A stretch of DNA of 64,000 nucleotides. Source: a virus. Taxonomy: Duplodnaviria; Caudoviricetes. A program made the translations under genes and the position numbers. Below, piece after piece: positions 1 to 10,300 of this stretch. The notes beneath the pieces are model-generated. The model worked only from the letters and a program-made list of their open reading frames with translations. It did no database searches and was not told the origin of the DNA. Where the stretch lies: the IMG/VR virus record IMGVR_UViG_2974753081_000001, positions 64,001 through 128,000 of that record. One strand, given 5' to 3'. How positions within the stretch are numbered: the first letter of the stretch is position 1; every line of letters starts with the position of its first letter.

Positions 1-399
1 CGGACGCCGCCGATGGGAGTCATGTACGGGGTGCCGGATGTGATCTCCAAGTACAACCTGCCGCCGACCAAGCTCGCGGAGATGTGGGCGTTGACCGGGG
101 ATGCGGGAGACAACATCTCCGGCATTCACGGCGTCGGCCCCAAGACCGCTGCGAAGTGGATGAACAAGCACGGCTCCCTGCCGTCGGTTCTCGCGTACGA
201 GTCGAAGTGCGACGGCATGGAGTACCACTGCTGGGTGAACTACCAGATGATCCAGCTCGACGGCTCTATCGGCGAGATTGACCTTGATCTGGAGGACTGC
301 CGCGTGTTGCCTACGCTGGCTGCTGGTCAGCTCTCCGAGCTGGCGACGAAGTTCTGTGCCACCTACGGCATGGAATCGCTGATCAAGGAGGGCGCGTGA
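1..399 (+). CDS. 5'-3' exonuclease / flap endonuclease (PolA N-terminal-like), C-terminal part; 5' end outside window
   Basis: H3TH motif ALTGDAGDNISGIHGVGPKTAAKW; frame open from base 1. Confidence 0.85.
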   Translation, partial: RTPPMGVMYGVPDVISKYNLPPTKLAEMWALTGDAGDNISGIHGVGPKTAAKWMNKHGSLPSVLAYESKCDGMEYHCWVNYQMIQLDGSIGEIDLDLEDCRVLPTLAAGQLSELATKFCATYGMESLIKEGA

Positions 400-1460
400 C
401 GACCCCTGACCTGCAGCAGCAGTTCACCAGGTGGCGAGAGACCTATGACAGGCGGGTGGACCGTCCGGCAGCGGAACCTCCGCTTGTCGTCGGGGCCAAG
501 CATCATTTTCTGATGACCTCGGAGCGACAGGCGCTTCGGGACTTCACGGGCGGCGGCGGGCTGATGCCTGTCGGTCATGCTCAGGACCAGGTGGTCGAGG
601 CGGTGACCGATCTGGCGCAGCACTTCTACCAGCTCGGTCCGTTCGGCGATCTGATCCAGGGCATCCAGATGGAGTATCTGTCGTGGTTGTCGAAGCACTT
701 CCACCCCGAGTGGCGGTTCCGGTTCTACTCCAGCGAGAACGAGGCACTGATGCTCGTCGGCGACGCTGTCGGCGTGGCCCCCTGGGAGCTGGAGTGGATC
801 AATCGCGAACCTCCGCTGCGACCTCAGGACACCCACCCCAAGGGCGGCACTCCGAAGGCAGTGCTGGTCTCGCCGGTCGACCCGCTGACCTACCAGGAGG
901 TGGACGAGAACGAGCTGAATCGGGTGGCGCTGCTGCATGAGCAGGGCGTCAAAGTCGTCTGGGACGAGACTGTGCTCGGCATGGGGTGGCGGGGCACCTC
1001 GGTGTTCGGTACCCCGCACTACGCCGATGCCGTCGTGCTGGGCGGCGCTCTCGGCGGCGGCATGCCGCTGGCTGCCATCGGAGGTCGCGATCTGTCGGAT
1101 ACGTGGTCGGAGGATCGCACTGGGGGTTCGGGGCTCGCCTTCACTGCGGGGCTTCACACCCTGCGGCAGCTCATGGTCCAATCGTCCAAGCCGGACATGG
1201 CTCACATCGTGGAGCGCCTGGACGACGAGCTGAACCGACTGCCCGTTCAGCTGGACGGGTTCGGATTGCTCCGGAGTCTGCGGTTCCCGACCGATAGGAT
1301 CGCAGATGAGTTCGTGGGGGCCTGCCGTCGGCAGGACGTGCTGCTGTCGCGGCACGGGAATTTCGTCAGGATCGCTTTCCCGACGATCTGCGAGCTTCAG
1401 GACGTGGACGACCTGATCGTTCGCTTGACCGAGGCGCTGAAGGAGATAGAGCCGAGATGA
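396..1460 (+). CDS. Class-III aminotransferase-like (PLP-fold) protein, catalytic Lys apparently replaced
   Basis: WDETVLGMGWRG and DAVVLG-G-ALGGGMPLAA match class-III AT signatures; G where K is expected. Confidence 0.7.
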   Translation: MTTPDLQQQFTRWRETYDRRVDRPAAEPPLVVGAKHHFLMTSERQALRDFTGGGGLMPVGHAQDQVVEAVTDLAQHFYQLGPFGDLIQGIQMEYLSWLSKHFHPEWRFRFYSSENEALMLVGDAVGVAPWELEWINREPPLRPQDTHPKGGTPKAVLVSPVDPLTYQEVDENELNRVALLHEQGVKVVWDETVLGMGWRGTSVFGTPHYADAVVLGGALGGGMPLAAIGGRDLSDTWSEDRTGGSGLAFTAGLHTLRQLMVQSSKPDMAHIVERLDDELNRLPVQLDGFGLLRSLRFPTDRIADEFVGACRRQDVLLSRHGNFVRIAFPTICELQDVDDLIVRLTEALKEIEPR

Positions 1461-1810
1461 CGGACGAACGGGATGAGCGAATCAACCTCGGGCTGGAGGG
1501 GAACCAGGTGCTGCAGAAGTACCTGGCGAAGAAGTCCGTGGAGATGGCCGAGCTACGATTCGAGTGCAACGTCGCCAGCTACACCGGCTTCGTGACCGGT
1601 CTCGACCAGGAGTGGGTGAAGCTGACCTCCACCGATTCCGAGGACAACCTGAATCCCATTCTGCTGCGGCTCGATAGCGTGAACTCGGTCTCTGAGACCG
1701 GGCGCAGAATGTACGACATGGGGCGTCAGGATGCCGAGCAGATCAAGGCTTTCACCGGCCTGTTCCGCAAGGCGTCCAACGGTGAGCTGTCCCGTGTGAA
1801 GCTCGCCTAG
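1457..1810 (+). CDS. Putative Sm/Hfq-like RNA-binding protein
   Basis: YTGFVTGLDQEWVKL (Sm1-like) and ILLRLDSVNSVSE (Sm2-like) pattern; ATGA overlap. Confidence 0.45.
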   Translation: MTDERDERINLGLEGNQVLQKYLAKKSVEMAELRFECNVASYTGFVTGLDQEWVKLTSTDSEDNLNPILLRLDSVNSVSETGRRMYDMGRQDAEQIKAFTGLFRKASNGELSRVKLA

Positions 1811-1846
1811 CCCCACCGACCCCCGACCAATCTTAGGAGCACAATC

Positions 1847-2239
1847 GTGGAACGACCCGACCCACTGGAGCGGTACATGGACTGCCGCGTCGAGGAGATG
1901 ACTCCCTCGGAGATGGCGAGCTACATGAAGCTGTACCTGCGCAATCGGTACAACCTGGAGCTGCCAATGGACGGCATCAAGGAGCGCAAGACCTTCGAGG
2001 CGTTCCGGAAGCGGTATCCCGACGGCGTCGCTGGCCGCATCCTGCAGTGGGTGATGATGCACCACCAGGGGCGCAAGGACGGCGAGTACGTCACCAGCGC
2101 GTTCTTCTCGGCGGCGTTCTCGTGGTGGACGGACAAGATGTTCATGGAGCTGCAGCAGGCCGAGCTGCGGGCGAAGAACGCTCAGGTCGGCGCACACAAG
2201 CTTCAGTCCGCGTTCCTCGACGCCGACTCGATGGCGTGA
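1847..2239 (+). CDS. Hypothetical protein (replication module)
   Basis: RBS AGGAG before GTG; TGATG coupling to the DnaC-like gene. Confidence 0.75.
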   Translation: MERPDPLERYMDCRVEEMTPSEMASYMKLYLRNRYNLELPMDGIKERKTFEAFRKRYPDGVAGRILQWVMMHHQGRKDGEYVTSAFFSAAFSWWTDKMFMELQQAELRAKNAQVGAHKLQSAFLDADSMA

Positions 2240-3021
2240 TGGACATCCGCAACCGCTACCTCTCCGAGGCTGAGGCGCGGCGGCTGTATCGCGACCACCC
2301 TCAGGTGAAGCGGAGTCCGGTGAAGTACTGCCCGACTTGCTCGCTGGAGAGGACCTACGTCTGGCGCGGCGAGACTCGTGACTGCGATTGTGAGCTGCAG
2401 CTCCAGCTGCACAAGCACTACCTCGCGGCGGGCATCGGCGTGAACTACCAGCGGCTGTCCTGGGACGACTACGAGGGCGATCCCAAGATCAAGGTGATGT
2501 GCGACAAGTACATGGCTCGGCACGAGGCGTATGTCGGGAAGGGCATCGGCCTGCTGCTGCACGGCGAGGTCGGCACCGGCAAGACCTTCGGCGCGACCAT
2601 GCTGCTGAAGGACCTCATCAAAGCCGGATATGCTTGTTACTCAACAACTTTCGCGTCTATGATCGAGATGTTCACGGCGGGCTGGAAGTCGAAGGACGAC
2701 CAGCGATACTTCCAAGAAAAAATTGTGTTCTCGGACGTGCTGCTACTCGATGACCTCGGTCGCGAGCTGCGGACCAAGAACAAGCTCTCGGAGTCGACGT
2801 TCGATGATGTGCTCCGGCGGCGGGTTCAGGATGGACGGCCCACGTTCATCACCACGAACATGAACCTGATCGAGATGCAGGAGGGCTACGGCGCGGCGGT
2901 GCTCTCGCTGCTCAGCGAGAAGTCGGTCGCCTATCAGGTGTCCGGCGACGACTACCGCCCTCGCGCCAACCGGCGGATGGTCCAGGAGGTCCAGGACGGC
3001 GAGTGCCGCCCCATCTTCTAG
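2239..3021 (+). CDS. dnaC: DnaC/IstB-like helicase loader ATPase
   Basis: N-terminal CxxC..CxC, Walker A GEVGTGKT, Walker B LLLDDLG, ITTN; start re-called to ATG 2239. Confidence 0.85.
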   Translation: MDIRNRYLSEAEARRLYRDHPQVKRSPVKYCPTCSLERTYVWRGETRDCDCELQLQLHKHYLAAGIGVNYQRLSWDDYEGDPKIKVMCDKYMARHEAYVGKGIGLLLHGEVGTGKTFGATMLLKDLIKAGYACYSTTFASMIEMFTAGWKSKDDQRYFQEKIVFSDVLLLDDLGRELRTKNKLSESTFDDVLRRRVQDGRPTFITTNMNLIEMQEGYGAAVLSLLSEKSVAYQVSGDDYRPRANRRMVQEVQDGECRPIF

Positions 3022-3058
3022 TCCTTCCCACACCCCGACCACTGATGGAGAACCACCC

Positions 3059-4327
3059 ATGATGGAGCTGGAGAAGGCGACCCTGTCGCGCCTCACCTCC
3101 CCCGACGCGGTCCGGCAGTGCTGGGACCTCGGCCTGCGGGCCGACGTTTTCGAGGATCCGCACAACGCCCGCATCTACCAATTCGTCATCGACTACTGGC
3201 TCGACTCATCGATGCGCTCTGCGCCTACCGAGCGCGTCATCACCACCGAGTTCCCCGGCTTCGTCTCCGTCGACAACGACGAGTCGCTGACCTGGCTGGT
3301 GGGCAAGCTGCAGGACCGCTACCGGGCTAATCAGGTGCAGGAGGTCCTGCGCGCTGCTGCCCAGATGTCGGTCGAAGACCCCGAGGGCGCGCTCGCGGAG
3401 ATGTACAACAGCTCGCACCGCATCCGCGAGACCGTGCTCCCCCGGCAGGACCGGGTCGTCGTCCACGAGACCATCGAGTCCCGGCGCGATCGTTACCTGC
3501 AGCGCAGCCACGAGGTCATCGGCGGGGCAACGCTCGGGCTCCGCGAGGTCGACGAGCACACCGGAGGCGTCTTGCCAGGCGAGGTCGCCATCGTCGCGGC
3601 CTACACCAAGACCGGCAAGAGCTTCATGCTGGTGAACGCAGCAGTCGAGGCTGCCAAGCAGGGGTGGGTGCCCTACATCGCCACCCTGGAGCAGAACATC
3701 CCTGAGTTCGAGGACCGCATCGATGCGTTCTACTCCGGCGTCGGCTACGGCGATCTCACGCACGGCAGGCTGTCCCCGGAGGCGCTGCGGCAGCTGTACG
3801 AGGCTCAGGATCGGATGCGCGACGAGAACCACCTGATCCACCTGGAGCGTCCGGGGCGCGGAGATCGCACCGTGGTCAACCTGGTGAACCGGGCTCGGCA
3901 GGTCGGGGCCAACTACCTGGTCATCGACCAGTTGTCCTGGATGGACGCCAAGAGCCGACACCGCGACCGGCGGGACCGCTACGAGGAGCTGATCTACGAC
4001 CTGAAGGAGGAGGTATCGCGCGCGTCGGCGGGTGAGATTCCCTGTTTCATGGCCGTGCAGTACAACCGCCAGGCCGTCTCGACCAAGGGTGAGACTGGTG
4101 GGCTGCACAACATCGCGAACTCCGCCGACATCGAGCAGACCGTCGACATCGCCTACGGCCTGCACCGGACCGAGGAGATGCGCGCCAACAACGCGATGGT
4201 CCTGAAGACGCTGGGCTCCCGGCGTGGCGACATCCGCAACTGGCTGCTCGGCTGGTACCTGGACGAGGAGACCCGCATATTCGTCCGCGACGAGTTCGAC
4301 GGCGACGAGGGCGGGGGCGAGGAGTGA
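3059..4327 (+). CDS. dnaB: DnaB-like replicative helicase
   Basis: Walker A AAYTKTGKS, LVIDQL, AVQYNR, SADIEQTVD. Confidence 0.85.
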   Translation: MMELEKATLSRLTSPDAVRQCWDLGLRADVFEDPHNARIYQFVIDYWLDSSMRSAPTERVITTEFPGFVSVDNDESLTWLVGKLQDRYRANQVQEVLRAAAQMSVEDPEGALAEMYNSSHRIRETVLPRQDRVVVHETIESRRDRYLQRSHEVIGGATLGLREVDEHTGGVLPGEVAIVAAYTKTGKSFMLVNAAVEAAKQGWVPYIATLEQNIPEFEDRIDAFYSGVGYGDLTHGRLSPEALRQLYEAQDRMRDENHLIHLERPGRGDRTVVNLVNRARQVGANYLVIDQLSWMDAKSRHRDRRDRYEELIYDLKEEVSRASAGEIPCFMAVQYNRQAVSTKGETGGLHNIANSADIEQTVDIAYGLHRTEEMRANNAMVLKTLGSRRGDIRNWLLGWYLDEETRIFVRDEFDGDEGGGEE

Positions 4328-5418
4328 AGGGCCTCGGAGGTCTGTCTCGCCGCGAGGAGGCCCAGTCCATGCGCAAGGAGTACCTGCGGCGCATCGACGC
4401 GCAGGCGGTGCTCGACCACTACGGCGCGCAGAACGCTCACCAGGTCGGGGACGAGGTCATCCACTCGTGCCTGCTCGACCGCGTGGACCCGCACCACCAG
4501 AACGGCGATGCGAACCCGTCGGCGAGCCTGAACGTCGAGAAGAAGGTCTACAACTGCTATTCCTACGGCGGCGGCGACATCCTGTGGTTCATCGCGAAGA
4601 TGGAGGGCAAGGAGGACATCGGCCAGATCGTTCCGTTCCTCAGCGATTTTCTCGGGGACTCGACGGTCGACGTATCGACGTTCCTGGAGGAGCTGGAGGG
4701 GTACCTGAAGGCTCCACAGGCGACCGAGGAGCTTCAGACGTACCACCCTCGCGTGCTTCAGCGGTGGGCCAAGTACCACCCGTACCTTCGCAGCCGAGGC
4801 ATCTCCAAGGAGACGGCGGTCGAGTTCAAGCTGGGGTACGACGAGCGCAACGCTCGCATCACCATTCCGCACTGGGTGGACGGCAAGCTCGTCGGCTGGC
4901 AGCGGCGTTCGCTGTCGGACCCGCGCTGGCCTCAGACCGAGGTCGAGCGGGCTCCGGATGGAACCGAGCTGGATGGCGGGCGCATCCCGAAGTACAAGAA
5001 CAGCACGAACTTCCCGAAGGACACGACGCTGTATCGCTACGACGCGGTACGCGATGAGCGGGCGGTCATCGTGGTCGAGTCTCCGATGTCGGTCGCCAAG
5101 GCTCACAGCTGTGGCATCACCAATGTCGTCGCTACCTTCGGATCGAAGGTCAACGACGCCCAGGTCGCGAAGCTGCGGTCCTTCGGGCAGGTGATCGTGT
5201 GGTTCGACGCCGACCCGGCGGGCGAGTACGGCGCGTATCGACTGATCGAGGGTCTGTATCGGCACACGATGGTCACCCACGTGATTCCGGAGCCGGGCAA
5301 GGACATGGCCGACTACGACCGGGACGGGATGATGGAGCGGTTGAAACTGCCGAATATCGAGCCAGGGATTCTGGCTCTCGCACGATTGGAGAAGACCTAT
5401 GGCCGACGACAACGATGA
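4324..5418 (+). CDS. DNA primase (Zn-binding + TOPRIM)
   Basis: HSC..H..D.NPS..YNCYS Zn domain, PKYKNS, VIVVES, WFDADPAG. Confidence 0.88.
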   Translation: MKGLGGLSRREEAQSMRKEYLRRIDAQAVLDHYGAQNAHQVGDEVIHSCLLDRVDPHHQNGDANPSASLNVEKKVYNCYSYGGGDILWFIAKMEGKEDIGQIVPFLSDFLGDSTVDVSTFLEELEGYLKAPQATEELQTYHPRVLQRWAKYHPYLRSRGISKETAVEFKLGYDERNARITIPHWVDGKLVGWQRRSLSDPRWPQTEVERAPDGTELDGGRIPKYKNSTNFPKDTTLYRYDAVRDERAVIVVESPMSVAKAHSCGITNVVATFGSKVNDAQVAKLRSFGQVIVWFDADPAGEYGAYRLIEGLYRHTMVTHVIPEPGKDMADYDRDGMMERLKLPNIEPGILALARLEKTYGRRQR

Positions 5419-5581
5419 GCTGAACTACGACGTCGAGATTCCCTCGGTGATCGGAGGCTTCGATGACGCTGCTGACCGAGAGGCGTTCGAGGTCATGCAG
5501 GCCGACAACGCCGCCTACGCAGAGAAGCTCAGCCAGGAGATGACCGACAAGGGCGTCCCGCCCACGAAGAAGCCGCTGTAG
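5399..5581 (+). CDS. Small acidic hypothetical protein
   Basis: GGAG RBS, phage-like codon usage. Confidence 0.6.
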   Translation: MADDNDELNYDVEIPSVIGGFDDAADREAFEVMQADNAAYAEKLSQEMTDKGVPPTKKPL

Positions 5582-5582
5582 C

Positions 5583-6197
5583 GTGTGGCACTCCGACCTC
5601 GGGGTGGGGTTCCCGTCGACCAGTCGAGAACTGGTCCTGCGGCCCCGTAACACCGCTGACCCCAACGGCTACTACGCCGATCTCGACCTTCCCCCGTGGG
5701 CTTCAGAGCGTGAGATCGCGCGGCGCTGTCGCTGGCTGCTGTCCCGGTTTCACCCGGACGGCCCCGCCCCGAACGAGGAGCTGTACGCCCACATCGCCAT
5801 GATCTCGAAGGTTCTTCGGGACCCGGCCCAGCGATCGGTCTACGAAGCAACCCCCGAGGGGTCGGTCTACGTGGATGCCGAGGTGGTACGGAAGTTCCAA
5901 GAAGAGGGCAGGGGCGACGAGCTGGCGGCTGCCAATAAAAAATCTGCACCGTCGTACTGGACCTATCTCTCTGACCGGAAGGACTCGCGCGATCGCGAGC
6001 TGGCGGGGCAGTGGTACGAGGTGCTGCTCCGGGCGGCGTACGACGTCGGTTGGAACGGTCGTATCAGACTGCACCTGGTCTCGGATCAGGTGAATGCTGT
6101 TGTGGGAGAGGAGGTTTACGTTTGGAGGCATCGCCCGTCGTATGAGCGGGCGAGGCAATTGCTCGATCCACAGATTTCTGTCAGTGGGGTCGGGTAG
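5583..6197 (+). CDS. J-domain (DnaJ-like) protein
   Basis: YYADLDL...SEREI...SRFHPDG...KVLRDPAQRSVYE, J-domain with HPD. Confidence 0.75.
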   Translation: MWHSDLGVGFPSTSRELVLRPRNTADPNGYYADLDLPPWASEREIARRCRWLLSRFHPDGPAPNEELYAHIAMISKVLRDPAQRSVYEATPEGSVYVDAEVVRKFQEEGRGDELAAANKKSAPSYWTYLSDRKDSRDRELAGQWYEVLLRAAYDVGWNGRIRLHLVSDQVNAVVGEEVYVWRHRPSYERARQLLDPQISVSGVG

Positions 6198-6242
6198 CTT
6201 GGTCGATAGGTGAGAGGTCACCGACTTCGCACCCATCACCTC

Positions 6243-6290
6243 GGCTGACAAGGGCCGAAAAAATATCGAGTTGCAGGGCTGACAAGGGCC
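6243..6290 (+). repeat. 14-bp direct repeat GGCTGACAAGGGCC x2 flanking an A-tract, upstream of SSB
   Basis: Copies at 6243-6256 and 6277-6290. Confidence 0.8.
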
Positions 6291-6319
6291 ACGCATGTAC
6301 CAGAAGAAATGAGTGTGTC

Positions 6320-7240
6320 ATGGGTATCGGAATGGGAGCAGCGCAGGCTGCCGGTGAGCGCAAGGCCGCACAGGGCGGTGGCGATTTTCTCCCGATGGTG
6401 TACTGGAAGGACGACAAGTCCGGCGAGGGCAAGCAGTACAAGAAGATCGTCCGGTTCCTCACCGACGACGTCATCACGGCCAAAATCTACGGATTCGTCA
6501 AGGGCGGTCCGGAGGGTAAGGGGCGCGACTTCATCGATCCGGCCTCGCTGGTCGATGACGACGGCAAGCCGCTGTTCGAGGAGCTGGCCGGTGAGCGCGA
6601 CTACTTCCGTGAGAACAACATCAAGCTCCCCACGTACAAGGGCGACCTGAAGGACGCCAAGGACATCGCCCAGGAGCAGACGCTCGGCCTGGTCGTTCTC
6701 CGCGAGGAGTACACCGTCCGGGAGGATCGCAACGGTCGCGAGGTCGCTGTCGTCAAGATGCGCGATCTGATCGAGAAGCGCGAGTACGAGACCAAGGACG
6801 GCGAGAAGAAGACCGACGAGGGTCAGGTCATCGGCGTCGTCAAGCAGGGGTACAAGAATTTCTGGTCGACGCTGGCTGGCTATTACAACCGGTACGGCAC
6901 CATCTGCGACCGGGACTACGAGATCACCCGCAAGGGCAACGGCACCGACACCACCTACAGCATCATCCGTCTCGACAAGGACGAGGACATGCCGGACGTG
7001 GTCGACGGCGAGTCGGCGATGGCCCACTACCAGCCGCGTCTGACCCTGAAGGACTGGGTGGTTCCGAAGGCGAAGTACGACGCTGCGAAGGAGTGGCTGG
7101 AGGGCACCTCCACTTCGGCTCAGGACGGCGGCAACGACTCCCCGCGTAGCGAGGCCAAGGAGGACTCCGGGCCGGTCCGGGAGGCGTCGGGTTCGGCTGC
7201 TGCCGACCTCCGCAAGGAGCTGGAAGACTACAAGGCATAG
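6320..7240 (+). CDS. Single-stranded DNA-binding protein (gp32-like)
   Basis: VRFL near N-terminus, DRDYEITRKGNGTDTTYSI, acidic flexible tail, next to polymerase. Confidence 0.7.
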   Translation: MGIGMGAAQAAGERKAAQGGGDFLPMVYWKDDKSGEGKQYKKIVRFLTDDVITAKIYGFVKGGPEGKGRDFIDPASLVDDDGKPLFEELAGERDYFRENNIKLPTYKGDLKDAKDIAQEQTLGLVVLREEYTVREDRNGREVAVVKMRDLIEKREYETKDGEKKTDEGQVIGVVKQGYKNFWSTLAGYYNRYGTICDRDYEITRKGNGTDTTYSIIRLDKDEDMPDVVDGESAMAHYQPRLTLKDWVVPKAKYDAAKEWLEGTSTSAQDGGNDSPRSEAKEDSGPVREASGSAAADLRKELEDYKA

Positions 7241-7270
7241 TTGCCTGGAAGCGCATGACGTATGTTGTGC

Positions 7271-7318
7271 TTGGACAGGGGGTCTCGCACTCCCCCCAGG
7301 GCGTGGCTCCCTGTCCAA
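7271..7318 (+). promoter_or_regulatory. Stem-loop between SSB and dnaE
   Basis: TTGGACAGGG...CCCTGTCCAA perfect 10-bp inverted repeat. Confidence 0.55.
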
Positions 7319-7376
7319 TCTCCCCGACCAATTTCTCTCTGTGTGAGCAGCCTCTAATAGGCGGAAGCTCTCCAAG

Positions 7377-10300
7377 ATGGAGCATTCAGTGTCCAAGTAC
7401 GTTGGACTTCACGTCCACAGTCAGCACTCATTTCTCGACGGCGAGGCGTCTCTGGACGCGATGGTCAGCCGCATCAAGTCTCTCGGTCAGTCCGGCGGTG
7501 CGATCACCGACCACCAGGAGTGCTCGGGACACGTGTCGTTCTACAAGAAGATGACCGAGGCGGGCCTGAGGCCCGTACTTGGGATGGAGGGGTATTTCCA
7601 CCCCGAGGCGCACCGGGCCAAGGAGCTGAAGCTCAAGGCGTCGGACTACAGCCACATCACGGTGCTCGCTCGCAATCAGGAGGGCCTGCGCAATCTCTGG
7701 GCGTGGTCGTCCATCGCCTACACCCAGCACTTCTACTACCGGGCCATCGTGGACTGGCAGGACATGAAGGACCTGTCTGCGGGGCTGTGGGCCTCCGACG
7801 GCTGCGGTCTCGCGTTCATGGCGAAGGCCATCGTCGCGGGCGACGATCAGCTCCAGCACGAGCTGATGGGGCGCTATCTCGACACCTTCGGCGACCACTT
7901 CTACATGGAGCTGCACACCTTCCAATTCCTGGACCCGCAGACCGAGGACCAGGTCCGGCTCAACCGCGAGCTGACGATGATGAACCAGCGCAAGGTGGAG
8001 CTGGCTGAGGCATACGGCGTCCCGCTCGTGGTCGTCAACGACGCCCACTACGCTCCGCCGGACGACTGGAAGAAGCACAACCTGGTGTGGTCGATGTCCA
8101 CCCAGCAGAATGCCGACCAGACCGGCAAGGGCCAGACGGCTGCCTGGATGATGGACGAGCCCGAGCTGTTCACGTACATGCGTCGGCACGGCATCTCCGA
8201 CACCATCACCCGGCAGGCCATCGACAACACGGCGATGATCGCCGAGTCCTGCGACGTCGAGATCAAGCCGCAGCAGCGCATGCCTGCGGTCAACGCCTCT
8301 GAGACCGAGGACGTGCAGCAGTTCCTCGGTCTGCTGGAGCAGGGCATGAAGCGCCGTGTCATCGACCGTGGCCTGGACGAGGAGACCTACCGCAAGCGGT
8401 TGGAGACCGAGGTCAAGGTCATCGTGGACAACCACTTCACTGGCTACTTCAACGTGGTCCACGACCTGGTGCGCGCGGCCAAGGACGACAAGGACATGTT
8501 CGTCGGTCCGGGCCGTGGTTCTGCCGGTGGCGCGCTGTGTTCCTACCTCATGGGCATCACCGAGCTGGACCCGATTAAGTACGACCTGCTCTTCGAGCGG
8601 TTCCTCGCCGAGGGTCGCGGCGGCTTCCCCGACATCGACATCGACTTGCAGCAGTCGCGGCTGGCCGAGGCCAAGGAGTACACCGCGCAGCGGTACGGCC
8701 ACGACCACGTCTGCGGCATCGGCACCTTCACCCGCTCGGCTCCGAAGTCGATCCTCAACGACATCTGCCGCGCGATGAGCGTGCCCATCCAGGACTCCAA
8801 GGCGATCTCGAAGGCCATCGGCAAGCTCCCGGCGAACGCCGCCCACACTCCGCAGCAGCGGTGGGACACGATGCTGGAGCTGAAGCACGATCGCATCCTG
8901 CCGTGGGTGCGCAAGTACCCGGAGGTGTTCAGCTACGCCCAGAAGATGATCGGCATGGTCCGGCAGTCCTCGGTCCACGCTTCGGGGTGGATCATCTCGT
9001 CGGACCCGCTGACCGGCGATCTGCCGCTGCGCTCGAAGGACGGCAAGGTCGTCTCCCAGTTCGAGCAGGGAGACGTCGAGTGGCTGGGCTACGTCAAGTT
9101 CGACCTGCTGGGCATCCGGCACCTGGACACGATCAAGTGGACGCTCGATGCGATCAAGGAGCGCCACGGCGTCGACATCAACCCGTATGAGTTCACCGAC
9201 GCCGAGTTCTGCGACCCGGCGATCTGGGACCGCATCGGCAAGGGCGACACTCTCGGGCTGTTCCAGCTGGAGGCCGACCTCATGGCGAGCACGGCCAAGA
9301 AGCACAAGCCGCAGTCTGAGCGAGAGGTCGCCGAGCTGCTGGCGATCAACCGTCCGGGCGTCATCGACGCGGGCTTGCTCCAGCCCTACATCGACCGCAA
9401 GCACGGGCGCGAGGAGGTCACCTACGACCACCCGATGCTGGAGGAGATCGTCGGCGAGACCTACGGCATTCTGATCTACCAGGAGCAGATCATGAAGATG
9501 TCGCGGGTGATCGCCGACTTCACTCCGGCAGACGCCGACTGGCTCCGCAAGGTGGTGGGCAAGAAGAAGGTCAACGAGCTGCCCGCGCTGAAGGAGAAGT
9601 TCGTGGAGGGCGCTCGCGCCAACCGGGCGTTCATCTCGGGTTGCCACAGCAACCCTGAGGCGGTCATCCAGAAGCTCTGGACCTCGATCGAGGCGTCGGG
9701 CGAGTACCTGTTCAACAAGTCGCACTCGGTGGCCTACGCTCTCGTCGGCACCTGGGAAGCGTGGCTGCGGCACTACTACTACCCCGAGTTCATCGCTGCG
9801 TGCATGCGCTCGGACCCGGAGAAGGTGCCGCGCTACGTCCGGCATGCCGAGTTGAACGGAGTGCGCGTGTTGCCTCCGGACATCAACCAGTCTCGCCGCG
9901 ACTTCGTGCTCACTGACGACGGCGTCCGGTACGGGATGACGACGGTCAAGCACGTCGGCGACACCGCCTACGACGAGATCGTCCGGACCCGCCCGTTCGA
10001 CTCGCTGGCCGACATGATGGACAAGGTCGCGAAGCGCGCCGTCGGCAAGCGCGTGATGACCAACCTGATCCGCATCGGGGCCTTCGACAAGATGAACCCG
10101 GACCGCGCTGCTGTCGAACGCGAGTTCTACGAGCTGCGCAAGATCAAGGAGAAGGACCAGCCCGAGCTTCCCGACTACGAGGACCTGACGGCGATGTATC
10201 AGCTGGAGAAGCAGCTTGTGGGGTCCTCGATCCTGTACGACCCGCTGCGCGATCACCACCAGATGATCTCGGCGCTGTGCGTGTCGTCTCCGGACGCTCT

